Counted from the stretch's first letter, positions 47,421-57,090 are shown. The stretch: DNA of 64,000 nucleotides from a virus (IMGVR_UViG_3300044845_000732:1-64000); one strand, 5' to 3'. Numbers and translations are program-made. Notes: a model not told the origin generated them from the letters alone.

Positions 47421-48029
47421 ATGATAGATAATATTGACGTAGTAAAATCTTTATTGAACTTTACCGAACCGGGTGACTTCTATATGTTGTATGTATTCAA
47501 GAGAAAGAAGGACCAACCTGAAGGTGAGAGAGATAATCACCAATCAGTAAGGACTATTAAAACTTACTGCGTTGATAGTATCGAACATCTTGATAGGAGA
47601 TATGATGAGATTAAACAACTTTGTGAGATGTTTAAAGCTCGTGCATATATCCACGTTCAAAAACAAAATCATCGTGATGTATCTTTAGATATGTTGTCGA
47701 CATTGGCGGAAAGAATTAAAAACGGAGCTCAAAACCAAAAAGGGTTATTTGATTCTGTTGTTGGGCAAATCAAAACTCAAGAAAAGAGATGGATTATTGA
47801 TGTTGATACTAAGGACAAAAAATTCCTTAGAGATATTACTATGGATTTAATGTATATTTTACCTTTAGGGGATAAAGTTGAAAAAGTAGTTCCAACTAAA
47901 AATGGGTATCATTTAATCACAAGTAAATTCAATGTGATGGAATTTAAAGACAAGTATCCGGATGTTGACATCCAAAAGAAAAACCCAACCTTATTGTATT
48001 ACCCTAACATATTAGATAATGGAAATTAA
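47421..48029 (+). CDS. hypothetical protein
   Basis: Start set at ATG 47421 (MIDNIDVV), with TAtcTTTG at 47396-47403. Confidence 0.5.
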   Translation: MIDNIDVVKSLLNFTEPGDFYMLYVFKRKKDQPEGERDNHQSVRTIKTYCVDSIEHLDRRYDEIKQLCEMFKARAYIHVQKQNHRDVSLDMLSTLAERIKNGAQNQKGLFDSVVGQIKTQEKRWIIDVDTKDKKFLRDITMDLMYILPLGDKVEKVVPTKNGYHLITSKFNVMEFKDKYPDVDIQKKNPTLLYYPNILDNGN

Positions 48030-48360
48030 AGAACCTGATTTCTTCAAACAGAGGAAAACAAAAATTAAAAAAATAGTTAAAGAATACAAGACTGCAAGTC
48101 GTATTGAAATCTTTGAAGGAGTTAGAGATAATTTTATATTTGGATTCCTTGGAGCTATGATGGTTGTGTTTATTGCGACAAGAGCGGATATTGCAGTTTT
48201 CTTAGGATATCTTACATATTACTTCTTTATGGGTAAAATTGTAAACCGTCCAAAGTATGTAACTGACTTGGGTAAATTGATTGTATTTCCAATTCCATCT
48301 GCTCTTGGAGCGTTTACCGGGTATAAAATATCGTACCTTATACTACAAATGATACAATAA
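48019..48360 (+). CDS. membrane protein
   Basis: Two or three hydrophobic helices. Confidence 0.45.
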   Translation: MEIKEPDFFKQRKTKIKKIVKEYKTASRIEIFEGVRDNFIFGFLGAMMVVFIATRADIAVFLGYLTYYFFMGKIVNRPKYVTDLGKLIVFPIPSALGAFTGYKISYLILQMIQ

Positions 48361-48442
48361 ATAAAAAATATTTGACATATTGGAATGATTGTTGTATATT
48401 TATGGTCTGATAAATTAACATTAATTATTTAAAACAAAAAAA

Positions 48443-48619
48443 ATGAAGAAAATTTTCGTATTATTGACTGTCTTGACATTAGCATTAGTGTCTTGTAAAA
48501 AAGAAATTAAAACTGAAACAACTACTGAAGTTGTTGATTCAACTGCCGTAGCTACGGATTCAATTGCAACAGACACTTGTTGTGTTGAAACAACAGAAGT
48601 TGTTGGAGAAAAAAAATAA
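48443..48619 (+). CDS. small lipoprotein (58 aa)
   Basis: MKKIFVLLTVLTLALVSC lipobox; below the track cutoff; a terminator follows. Confidence 0.4.
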   Translation: MKKIFVLLTVLTLALVSCKKEIKTETTTEVVDSTAVATDSIATDTCCVETTEVVGEKK

Positions 48620-48635
48620 TAACAGTTAGAGAAAT

Positions 48636-48668
48636 AAAAAACCCATCATATGATGGGTTTTTTTTATT
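48636..48668. terminator. bidirectional terminator
   Basis: Palindrome ACCCATCATATGATGGGT flanked by A and T runs. Confidence 0.65.
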
Positions 48669-49857
48669 ATAATAACTTTTTAATTCTCTCGATATTTTCG
48701 TCGATTTTTTTCTTTTTAAATTTATTTAAAATCCATGGGTCAACATCTTTTTTATCAGTACCATATCCAAGTCTTTTTTCAATCCTTTTACCCGATTTAT
48801 CATATTTGTCTTGAAATGGTTTAAATGGAGCTTTAACTAACGCTGCAAGAATTGGGTCGTCATATCTTTGAGTTGAGTCATCTTTGTTTGAATTTGGTTC
48901 TTCCTCATTATTATTACTAGTATCTATTGTAGTTTTTCCAATATTTAAATTTTCTCGATTAAACGACGAATCAAATAAAACCACTTCAACATCAGAATCA
49001 GTTTTCCCTAAAAGTTGTCCTGATGATATTGTATCACCATTATTTACCTGTGGACTACTGATACCACAAAATTGTAAATATTTTGGGGATTTACCACTTG
49101 TTTTAATTGTTATTTGGTTTTTACAAGAAGGTGCATATTTTGAATTATCTACTATTCCTGAAACAGGGCTTTTGATTTTATTGTTTGAATCTTTTGGAAT
49201 TAACACAGTTCCATAATTATTTTGTACATCTCTTCCAAACGAAATTGACTCATTAACTTTTTTTCCACCAAATAATGCTTGGCTAAAATTTTTAACAATA
49301 TCAAACATAATAGGGTCTTCTGATTGGGCGTCGAAGTCTGTAGGTAATGTTAATTCGGTTGACGAAGTCTTATCTGACGAAGTATCATCTTGAGAGTATT
49401 GTCCCGCATAGTTTTTCTCAATCCATTTTATTAATTCGGTTACTTTTTTAGGGTCTCCACTAATATCGACAGCCATACCAACTACAGGTGTTCCGGGAAA
49501 ATTTTTGTAATGTAAACTACCGCTAGTGTGTTCCTTGTCCACTTTTTTATTAGGGTCTTTTTTGGCATATGGATTTTCAGTTGTTTTTAACCCCATAGAA
49601 TCCGCCTTGTCAATAATGGCTATTGCGGTTGCTCTATTAGTAAACCCAATATGTAAATGATTGTCATGATTTGGCCAAGTGATACCTTTTTGTTTTTTTC
49701 CATCATTATACCCATAACCAACTGTTCCACCTTCTTTTGTTGCTGGGTTATAAACTAATTCATCAACACCTTGAATATCTGCCTCAGATATTACTAAAGA
49801 TTTTGTGGATAAGATATTTTCATATAATGATAATATATTTTCAATTTTTTTGTCCAT
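48667..49857 (-). CDS. putative cell-wall peptidase (LAS/M15-like N-terminal region, M23/LytM-like C-terminal region)
   Basis: WPNHDNHLHIG ... SGSLHY..GMAVDISGD in the N-terminal region. C-terminal region has a Gly-rich beta pattern resembling lysostaphin-type domains. Confidence 0.4.
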   Translation of the reverse strand: MDKKIENILSLYENILSTKSLVISEADIQGVDELVYNPATKEGGTVGYGYNDGKKQKGITWPNHDNHLHIGFTNRATAIAIIDKADSMGLKTTENPYAKKDPNKKVDKEHTSGSLHYKNFPGTPVVGMAVDISGDPKKVTELIKWIEKNYAGQYSQDDTSSDKTSSTELTLPTDFDAQSEDPIMFDIVKNFSQALFGGKKVNESISFGRDVQNNYGTVLIPKDSNNKIKSPVSGIVDNSKYAPSCKNQITIKTSGKSPKYLQFCGISSPQVNNGDTISSGQLLGKTDSDVEVVLFDSSFNRENLNIGKTTIDTSNNNEEEPNSNKDDSTQRYDDPILAALVKAPFKPFQDKYDKSGKRIEKRLGYGTDKKDVDPWILNKFKKKKIDENIERIKKLL

Positions 49858-49894
49858 ATCTATAAATAGTGCAATATTGAATAAAAAAATCCGA

Positions 49895-50356
49895 CTAATT
49901 GTCGGACTTCTTTGTATATGTTAATCTTTTAATTTCAGGTAGTTCTGAAATACCCAATATAGATTCTTTAACCATTACAGGTTCTGTTTTAATAACTTTT
50001 TTAGGTTCAACACCTTCGTTTAATTGTACTCTATATTCAGGGGGAACAGTTGGGATAATTCTTGGTTTTGACACAGATGGAGAAGGTACTTTCTTCCCAT
50101 ATCTTGTGGTTTTTGTTTTAACCCTTCTAACCGGATTAACTTTAATTAAACCATAACTTATCCATCTATACCATATTCTTTCGTGAATGTAGTATTGTAT
50201 TGGTTTATAGAGTAATTCAATTACACCAAACGCGGCTCCAAACTCAATTTTACCTGTTACACCCCACATAATCAAAAATCCAATTAGAGTACTGATTATT
50301 CGATAACTTATTGTTTTTGCTAAATGTCGTTTAGCCGATACTTTAATTTGACTCAT
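49895..50356 (-). CDS. membrane protein with a basic N-terminal region
   Basis: 153-aa ORF containing one TM helix. Confidence 0.45.
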   Translation of the reverse strand: MSQIKVSAKRHLAKTISYRIISTLIGFLIMWGVTGKIEFGAAFGVIELLYKPIQYYIHERIWYRWISYGLIKVNPVRRVKTKTTRYGKKVPSPSVSKPRIIPTVPPEYRVQLNEGVEPKKVIKTEPVMVKESILGISELPEIKRLTYTKKSDN

Positions 50357-50738
50357 ATGAATTAATATTTTCAGGGATTACAACATTTTTTAATCCCTCA
50401 TCCCTTTTCAGGTTTATTCCAACAGCTCTTTGTATTTCCAAATTATCCGGGTCCAAATCATTTAAGATTATTCGACTACCTCGACCACAATTCATTATGA
50501 TTTGGTTATGTTTTAATCCAATTACATTTAATTCATGTTCTGTGATTAATCGATAATTGTCAGGACGAGCAGTTGTAACAATAATTACCGCACCGTTTGT
50601 AAATTGTTCATTTAGATAGTCAATTACATCCTGAATTGGTTCAGGCTTGGTTTGTCCAAGCTCACTAAATTTTCGGTATTTAACTATGGTCCCATCAATA
50701 TCGACAAAATACGTTGGGTTCTTAATTATTTTACTCAT
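50343..50738 (-). CDS. HAD-superfamily phosphatase
   Basis: Motif I FVDIDGTIV (DxDGT), as in polynucleotide-kinase phosphatase domains. Confidence 0.5.
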   Translation of the reverse strand: MSKIIKNPTYFVDIDGTIVKYRKFSELGQTKPEPIQDVIDYLNEQFTNGAVIIVTTARPDNYRLITEHELNVIGLKHNQIIMNCGRGSRIILNDLDPDNLEIQRAVGINLKRDEGLKNVVIPENINSYESN

Positions 50739-50739
50739 A

Positions 50740-50934
50740 TTAATATTTTGGCTCTTTTGGCATAAAAATCCATAAAAGGAAGTATGTTAAAATAATTGGA
50801 AATGGTGTAAAAATTAATGCAAAAAATATTATTTTAACAAATACTTCATCAATATCAAAATAATCTCCTAATCCACTGCAAACTCCTCCTAAATCTGAAG
50901 GAGTTTTTCTTTCTAATTTTTTCTTGTTACTCAT
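50740..50934 (-). CDS. small membrane protein
   Basis: 64-aa ORF with a hydrophobic C-terminus. Confidence 0.35.
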   Translation of the reverse strand: MSNKKKLERKTPSDLGGVCSGLGDYFDIDEVFVKIIFFALIFTPFPIILTYFLLWIFMPKEPKY

Positions 50935-51118
50935 TTTCGAAATTCTTTTTATTTAGTTCTTTGATTGTTATGTTTTTATTTTTCCACTCTTTCCAAGTTT
51001 CAAAATCTAACAAATCTTCTAATGTCTTCTCATGGACCAAAACAAACCCCTCAGGAGCATTTCCTTCAAGTTTCCTAACTTGACCTTCTTTTTCCAAAAT
51101 TTTTTTGATATCTATCAT
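50927..51118 (-). CDS. small hypothetical protein
   Basis: 63-aa ORF. Confidence 0.35.
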   Translation of the reverse strand: MIDIKKILEKEGQVRKLEGNAPEGFVLVHEKTLEDLLDFETWKEWKNKNITIKELNKKNFENE

Positions 51119-51576
51119 TTTCCTATTGAATCTTTTTCTGATATTGTAATTGGGTTTTCATTTACGAAATAATGTACAAGTTTTTTTACTTCCTCATTGT
51201 TTGTCCAAACAATACTATGTTCGGAATCCGGATTATAATTACCCTCAACCAAATATACGACAATAGTGTTTGGTTCTAAAGTTAAAAACCCGTGTGCCTT
51301 ATTATTTGGAATTAATACCGCGTCTGAATTAGATAATATTTCATAATCCGTTTTACCGGTTTCCAAATCAACTGAAAAATCAACAATTGAACCTTGTATT
51401 ACTTTCACATATTTTGTCTGTGGTGGATTTGTTTGATAATGTAGACCTCTAAACGTAAATTCTTTATCGTTGACACTAATTGAACACTGAGTCCATACTT
51501 GTCCTAATTCTGTTATTGAAATAGGGGTATAGGAACCCCTATTATCTACAAATGTTTTATGTTCTATTTTTTCCAT
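51115..51576 (-). CDS. dTDP-4-dehydrorhamnose 3,5-epimerase-like (RmlC-family cupin)
   Basis: FVDNRGSYTPIS...FTFRGLHYQ...VIQGSIVDFSVDLETGK...LIPNNKAHGFLTLEPNTIVVY...DSEHSIVW follows the RmlC consensus. Confidence 0.6.
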   Translation of the reverse strand: MEKIEHKTFVDNRGSYTPISITELGQVWTQCSISVNDKEFTFRGLHYQTNPPQTKYVKVIQGSIVDFSVDLETGKTDYEILSNSDAVLIPNNKAHGFLTLEPNTIVVYLVEGNYNPDSEHSIVWTNNEEVKKLVHYFVNENPITISEKDSIGK

Positions 51577-51577
51577 A

Positions 51578-52144
51578 TTATTTAAGGTATTCTAACAATT
51601 TTTCTTTAATACCTGATTGTTTAATTCCCTCATTTTCTCTTGGTGTGTGAACAAAATTGGTTAATCCCCAATCTCGTTCAAATCCGTATGAGTCTGTTTT
51701 ACCTAATGATAGGTCATCAATACAAACCCAATGTGTTATTTCAGGATGGTCGGTCAGATATTGACTAACTTCAAAACATCTTTGTTGTAAGTGCATTGTT
51801 CCTCGTGACCATTGAACTTCAGGTAAATCACAATCAAAATATTGTTTGGTGACACCTATTGGTTTTTTGATAATCCCTTCTGAAAGGTAATAATCACCAA
51901 GTTCTTCTAAATTGGCATATAATCTCCAATCAGAGGAAACAACGATTTCTGTACCGGTTTCTTCCAATACTTGATTTAAAACCTTAACCGCCTTTTTATC
52001 GAAGTAATCAAAACGATATTTTACCTCAACATCCGGGTCATTCATCACCAAAGATATATTGTCTTTTTTTCGTTTTTTTACACGACTTCCCCAATTATTT
52101 GCTAAACAGATAACACCATCATTATCTAGAAATATCACTTTCAT
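51578..52144 (-). CDS. HAD-like hydrolase (nucleotidase/phosphatase)
   Basis: Motif I FLDNDGVI; C-terminal CIDD. Confidence 0.45.
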   Translation of the reverse strand: MKVIFLDNDGVICLANNWGSRVKKRKKDNISLVMNDPDVEVKYRFDYFDKKAVKVLNQVLEETGTEIVVSSDWRLYANLEELGDYYLSEGIIKKPIGVTKQYFDCDLPEVQWSRGTMHLQQRCFEVSQYLTDHPEITHWVCIDDLSLGKTDSYGFERDWGLTNFVHTPRENEGIKQSGIKEKLLEYLK

Positions 52145-52313
52145 CTTCTAATTCTTTAAATATTTTTAACATTTCCGGGTCTGTCTCATTATAATATCTA
52201 ACATTCATATCATCCCAATTTTCTTTAATTTCATTTGGGTATAGACAACACCATCGCAAAAATACGAAAAATAATTTAATTCTTAATTTTAAATTTTTAA
52301 TTATTGTTTTCAT
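52122..52313 (-). CDS. small hypothetical protein
   Basis: 63-aa ORF. Confidence 0.3.
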   Translation of the reverse strand: MKTIIKNLKLRIKLFFVFLRWCCLYPNEIKENWDDMNVRYYNETDPEMLKIFKELEDESDISR

Positions 52314-52479
52314 TTTTTAATTTCTTGTGTTCTGAAATGAACTTTTTAAGTTTTTCTTTTTTCTCCTCGTTGAAGATGTCCTCAAGTTTTATTTCTTGGG
52401 ATTCATCATATAAACCCAATTCTTCATCGAATTTCATCATATCAATTAGATGATGTTTTTGTTCTTCTTTACCGTCCAT
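52297..52479 (-). CDS. small hypothetical protein
   Basis: 60-aa ORF. Confidence 0.3.
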   Translation of the reverse strand: MDGKEEQKHHLIDMMKFDEELGLYDESQEIKLEDIFNEEKKEKLKKFISEHKKLKNENNN

Positions 52480-52555
52480 TTTTCACGCATATTTTACCTT
52501 GCAAATATATCCAAAAAAATTGAACATATCCATAAAAAGATAAAATATTTATGTG

Positions 52556-54037
52556 TTAAAGTGCTGTTAGTTCTCCCCTAACAAAGTCCTCGAAGTTTGG
52601 ACCTTTTTTGATGTAATATTTTGAACCTTCTTTATCGTAAGCGATAATTCCTGCCAAAACTGCCGAATTGAATAATGCGGAAAAATGACCTCTAAAATCT
52701 GAAGATGGTCTAAACATCTTAGTGTCGGGAGTTGAATATAGAGTTTTTCCGTTTTCTTCTTTTTTCTCCAATTTCCCTGTATCAACTAAAAAATCTAATT
52801 TTGTCATTTTTTTACCCGAGTTTAATGAATCGACCAATTTTTTGATTAAACCTTTATTTTGTTTAAATGTATAACCATAACTAGGTCTATTTGGTGTCCA
52901 AACTTTTCTTGGGTCTTTAAGTGTTAATGCGCGGAATTTGTTATCATTTTTTAATCTTTTTAAATAGTAAAAATAAACGGAATTCATTATAGCTCTAAAT
53001 CCATCCTCTTGTGTTTTACTTTTAAAAAATTCTGTACCAAACTTTACTGAAACTAATTCACCGTCCATTTCAGTATCTATCTTTGTTCCGAAATCTTTCT
53101 CACCCTCTAATTCAATGTGCATTGTAATAAAATCATCATCATCAAATGATACTAAAATAAATAAAAGATATCTATCAACTATTTCACCATTAACGACTAA
53201 GTCCATCATTACATTATAATGATTCTCGTCAAGGGTTCCTGGCCAACGAAATACGACAAAAACCGGTACATCTACCTTTAAATCTTTTGATACATCGAAA
53301 GATGCCGAAGTATTATTATCATCAAAAACATTATTTAATAAATCACTACCCTTTTCGTTTTTTAACTTTTCGTAATGGTTATTAATCGTTTGAATTATTT
53401 TTGGTGCACCCAAATTAAAAACTTCTTTTTCTCTTTTTGAAAAAGGTTCATCTTTTGCGTCATACCATTCATCTTCACTTGATGAAGATTTATGAATTGC
53501 AATTTTATAAAATTTATTAGATTGGTCGAATTTTTTAAGAATTATGTAATATAAACCTTGAATTCCACTGGTGTATCTATCATAATGAGTTTCATCCTTA
53601 TCTGTGGTGCACCATCTTGTTCCAGCACCATATTTACAAGAAGATTTGTGAGTTAAAGGTCGAACAATTAAAATGTTTGGGTCCTCATACACTTTTTCAG
53701 TTTCGGTCTCATCAATTTTTTTTGATTGATTCTTAGATTTGTAGTCGGAAAGTTCAATTGATAAATCAGATAAATCTTCATATTGATTAATGTCTTTTTT
53801 CTCAAGGTTTTTTGAGAGTTTGTCAAACTTTTTTAATAAAGAAATTGCATCCATAATTTCACTTTTAGCCGGATAGCTCAAGTTCTTTAAAAGGAAATCA
53901 CCATATTTGTAATTGGTTTTCTTAATAAAAGGGTCATTAAGGATATAATCTAACTGAGGTTGACCATATGATTTTGAATATTTCTTTTCTAAATCTTCCT
54001 TTCTACCTTCAGTGATTAAAATATTAACTAATTTCAT
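52556..54037 (-). CDS. hypothetical protein, second member of the RPLT..SxKYGAxTxWCTT family
   Basis: IVRPLTHKSSCKYGAGTRWCTTDKDETHYDRY parallels the same region of 14290..15471. Confidence 0.55.
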   Translation of the reverse strand: MKLVNILITEGRKEDLEKKYSKSYGQPQLDYILNDPFIKKTNYKYGDFLLKNLSYPAKSEIMDAISLLKKFDKLSKNLEKKDINQYEDLSDLSIELSDYKSKNQSKKIDETETEKVYEDPNILIVRPLTHKSSCKYGAGTRWCTTDKDETHYDRYTSGIQGLYYIILKKFDQSNKFYKIAIHKSSSSEDEWYDAKDEPFSKREKEVFNLGAPKIIQTINNHYEKLKNEKGSDLLNNVFDDNNTSASFDVSKDLKVDVPVFVVFRWPGTLDENHYNVMMDLVVNGEIVDRYLLFILVSFDDDDFITMHIELEGEKDFGTKIDTEMDGELVSVKFGTEFFKSKTQEDGFRAIMNSVYFYYLKRLKNDNKFRALTLKDPRKVWTPNRPSYGYTFKQNKGLIKKLVDSLNSGKKMTKLDFLVDTGKLEKKEENGKTLYSTPDTKMFRPSSDFRGHFSALFNSAVLAGIIAYDKEGSKYYIKKGPNFEDFVRGELTAL

Positions 54038-54061
54038 ATTAATAAATACTCTGAATTTCCC

Positions 54062-54478
54062 TTATTTTAATAGTGTTTCTTTTATCTTATTAATTGACTT
54101 AGCAACTGAATAGTAAGTACATTCATATGAACTACAAGTTTTAGGTCTAATATCATATACTATACATTTTTTTTCGTCAGTATCATAAAAAATACAAGGT
54201 AATTTCTTATGGTCTAATTTAACTCTGAATGCGGGATATGAAATTGGTGTTTGCCAAGAAGGTTTGTCAGGGAATAATTCTTTACCTTCTTCATATTCTA
54301 TAAAAATATCATTATAGTTTACTTTTTCTCCTAATTTTTCTGATAATTTTTCAATAAATTCGTGGCCATCATGGATTGCTCCCATAATCCAATCCCGGTT
54401 TTCTAAGGTACAACAACTTCCGTCATTACCTTCAATACCCCAACATTTATTACTACATACGTTACAATCTGTTCCCAT
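54062..54478 (-). CDS. Cys-rich protein (YkgJ/UPF0153-like CxxCxxxC...CC pattern)
   Basis: CNVCSNKCWG...GSCC plus further Cys residues. Confidence 0.4.
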   Translation of the reverse strand: MGTDCNVCSNKCWGIEGNDGSCCTLENRDWIMGAIHDGHEFIEKLSEKLGEKVNYNDIFIEYEEGKELFPDKPSWQTPISYPAFRVKLDHKKLPCIFYDTDEKKCIVYDIRPKTCSSYECTYYSVAKSINKIKETLLK

Positions 54479-54509
54479 GGTTTAATTATAATAAAAATTT
54501 TTGAATAAA

Positions 54510-54538
54510 AAAACCCATTATTACAATGGGTTTTATTT
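54510..54538. terminator. terminator downstream of the tmRNA (works on the minus strand)
   Basis: Hairpin ACCCATT-attac-AATGGGT with flanking A/T runs. Confidence 0.55.
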
Positions 54539-54935
54539 TGGTGGAAGTGCGGAGACTCGAACTCCGGTGTTACTTGTATTACCTATTAAGGACTACACGT
54601 TTAGGTCATTGTTTAAGCTAACAATCCGAAATTTCACAATTCCCTTATTTTTAAAGTGGTTCGGTTTACTGAGAACTAATCCTCCACTTGTTTCTTTTCG
54701 GGTAGAAACCACACCTTTGTAAAGTCTTCTGTTGCAAGGTTATATGACTACCGACCCCGTGTTGTGTTTCCGATTAGGCTACAGCAACTTCTTCAGTGCG
54801 AATAAATCCAACAGCTGAAAGTTTGTCTAAAACGTTTCCGTCTAAAAGTTTGTCATCCATAGATTTAAGTGATAGGAAACTTCTCACTACGTGCCCCGAA
54901 TAACTATTACGAATAGTCAATTCCATGTCACTCCC
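54539..54935 (-). ncRNA. ssrA: tmRNA (SsrA-like), about 397 nt
   Basis: 3' end GGAGTTCGAGTCTCC-G-CACTTCC-A-CCA (T-arm, acceptor, encoded CCA). 5' end GGGAGUGACAUGGAAUUGACUAUUCG pairs with the 3' acceptor strand and resembles the tmRNA 5' consensus GGGGCUGAUUCUGGAUUCGAC. Internal tag frame ...AVGFIRTEEVAVA-TAA. Confidence 0.55.
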
Positions 54936-54949
54936 ATATTTTAACACCA

Positions 54950-54957
54950 CAAAGGTA
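54950..54957 (-). promoter_or_regulatory. -7 box TAccTTTG upstream of the tmRNA
   Basis: Lies 15 nt upstream of the predicted mature 5' end. Confidence 0.4.
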
Positions 54958-55011
54958 AACATAAATATTGAAATTCCAAACAAAAAAAGTATTTATTGTA
55001 AAATCATTTTA

Positions 55012-56148
55012 ATGAAGGTAATAAAATTAACCGAATCTGAACTTAATCGTATTGTTAAGAGGGTATTACAGACCGAACAAGAATCTGAGGAAGAACCGGA
55101 TAAAAATTTAGTTGTGGGTCTTAGAAACTTTTCTAAAGGTAGAATTACTAAAGATGAGTTATATCGTCTTGATGACAGCATATATGATATTGATGTAAAC
55201 GAACCTTTGGGACAATCAATTATTACAATTCAATTTGAGGATGATAAAGAATTGTTTAAAGAATTGGATATTGATGAGCAGGACATTTGGTTTATGGGGG
55301 CCCTTAATTCATATAATGGTTATGAATTTATGGATTCGTATCAGGTGGAACAGGATTTTAAAGATGGGTATGGAATATATTATGATTTAAATGATGAAAA
55401 TGCAGAAACACTTAAAGGTATTGCAACCACAATTTTACCAAATAAGGAATTTAATATTGAGGATGATGAATACAAAAGAGAGTTATCTGAAATGTTACTT
55501 AATTTATTCTATGATGAAATGGATTACATTTTTGGGGATTTTGCCGCTGAAAAAGACAGTGAAATGAATGCGGTTGCAAAAGAAGCAATAAAAGACGAAT
55601 TTGAAAGACCGTTAGAGGAAAGTGGTATTAATCTTAATTATGATATGGATGAAGTTGATATTACCTTGGCAGATTTATATCTTGGGGCGTTACAATTAAA
55701 TATGTTTAACTCAGATGCCAAAGAAATTGTTACCGCAATAATGAAAAGGGCGTTAGGTGATAGTGTTGGAGGATGGTATGAAAGTAGTTATGAGTTTCAA
55801 GATGAAAGTAAATTTGATTCCAAATCATTTAATAATTACGTAGCCACACAATTTGAAAAAATATCTAATAAATTGGATGAAAGAAGTGATGAGTTTTTTA
55901 CAGTTCAAGATTTTGTTGAATTTAGAGACCGAGTTACATCAAAGTATAAATTAAAAACTTGGTATGCTAATCCTAAAGATGATAATATTATTTTTCTAAT
56001 TGACTCATTTGACCCTGGTAGTATGTCTGTTAGATTAAATGTTAAAACTAAAGATAATGGGTTATTTAAACAACTTAGATTAGATGAAGAACAATTTAAC
56101 AATTTTTTATATCAATATTCGTTAGATGATTATGAAAATATGGATTAA
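55012..56148 (+). CDS. acidic hypothetical protein
   Basis: Start moved to ATG 55012 (MKVIKLTE) because the longer ORF overlaps the tmRNA and its promoter. Confidence 0.5.
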   Translation: MKVIKLTESELNRIVKRVLQTEQESEEEPDKNLVVGLRNFSKGRITKDELYRLDDSIYDIDVNEPLGQSIITIQFEDDKELFKELDIDEQDIWFMGALNSYNGYEFMDSYQVEQDFKDGYGIYYDLNDENAETLKGIATTILPNKEFNIEDDEYKRELSEMLLNLFYDEMDYIFGDFAAEKDSEMNAVAKEAIKDEFERPLEESGINLNYDMDEVDITLADLYLGALQLNMFNSDAKEIVTAIMKRALGDSVGGWYESSYEFQDESKFDSKSFNNYVATQFEKISNKLDERSDEFFTVQDFVEFRDRVTSKYKLKTWYANPKDDNIIFLIDSFDPGSMSVRLNVKTKDNGLFKQLRLDEEQFNNFLYQYSLDDYENMD

Positions 56149-56153
56149 TTTAT

Positions 56154-56161
56154 TATCTTTG
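56154..56161 (+). promoter_or_regulatory. -7 box TAtcTTTG
   Basis: Lies 4 nt upstream of the ATG at 56166. Confidence 0.4.
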
Positions 56162-56165
56162 TCCC

Positions 56166-57008
56166 ATGACAAACGATATATTATTACTAAAAGAAGTTCT
56201 TAGTGTTCCAACCGTAACTTATCAAGAAGACCTTATGGTCGAGTTTTTACAGAATTGGTTGACCGAAAACAACATAGAACATTACGTTGATGAACACAAA
56301 AATGTTTATGCAACCAAACAAGAATTCGAAAAACTTCCTGAGGATTTTTACTTCCCTTGTGTTATTGCACATACCGACACTGTCCATAGATTGGATACTA
56401 TTATTGTTCACGAAGAACAATTACCAAACGCCCAAGGTGAAATTAAAGATGCATTGAAAGCTTACAACTTAAATGGATTACCAACCGGAATTGGTGGTGA
56501 TGATAAATGTGGTGTGTTCGCTTGTTTAAAATTACTTAAAGAAGTTCCAAACTTAAAAGCCGCGTTTTTTGTATCAGAAGAAACAGGATGTCACGGTTCC
56601 AAAAAGGCGGACCCTGAATTTTTCACCAATGTTGGTTATGGAATTCAATTTGATGCACCTGAGAACTGGATGATTACCGAAAAATGTTTCAGTCAAGATT
56701 TATTCGATAGAGAGTCAGAATTCTTTGAAGTTTGTGACCAAGTATTAACCGAAGGGATGCATAACGAAGATATGCAATACATGGTTCATCCATATACCGA
56801 TGTTTATGCGTTGAGAAGTAAATTTAGTTTTTCTTGTATCAACTTTTCAATTGGGTATTACGATTATCACACACCAAACGAATATGTGGTGATTGAGGAT
56901 GTTTTTAAAGGGATTGAGATGGGAAGACAAATGATTGAAAAACTTGGAAATAAATTACACTACAAAGAAGTGGTTGAGATTCCAAGATATAATCACAGAT
57001 TCTTCTAA
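56166..57008 (+). CDS. M20/M42-like metallopeptidase-family protein
   Basis: CVIAHTDTVH and GIGGDDKCGVF resemble the HxD and DxK metal-binding motifs. Confidence 0.4.
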   Translation: MTNDILLLKEVLSVPTVTYQEDLMVEFLQNWLTENNIEHYVDEHKNVYATKQEFEKLPEDFYFPCVIAHTDTVHRLDTIIVHEEQLPNAQGEIKDALKAYNLNGLPTGIGGDDKCGVFACLKLLKEVPNLKAAFFVSEETGCHGSKKADPEFFTNVGYGIQFDAPENWMITEKCFSQDLFDRESEFFEVCDQVLTEGMHNEDMQYMVHPYTDVYALRSKFSFSCINFSIGYYDYHTPNEYVVIEDVFKGIEMGRQMIEKLGNKLHYKEVVEIPRYNHRFF

Positions 57009-57013
57009 AATAT

Positions 57014-57042
57014 AAAAGAGACCATTTGGTCTCTTTTTTTAT
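57014..57042 (+). terminator. rho-independent terminator
   Basis: Hairpin AGAGACCA-tt-TGGTCTCT followed by T7. Confidence 0.6.
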
Positions 57043-57059
57043 GCTCTATTTATAAAACA

Positions 57060-57090
57060 AAAAAAAAGGGGATTTTCATCCCCTTTCTTA
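57060..57090 (-). terminator. rho-independent terminator (minus strand, after clpC)
   Basis: Hairpin AGGGGAT-gaaa-ATCCCCT followed by T8 on the minus strand. Confidence 0.6.

Noticed and set aside
54501-55181. Track ORFs 54501..54722(+), 54774..54983(-), 54993..55181(-)
   Set aside because: They lie on the predicted tmRNA or its promoter. The C-terminus of 54774..54983 is actually the tmRNA tag-peptide frame.
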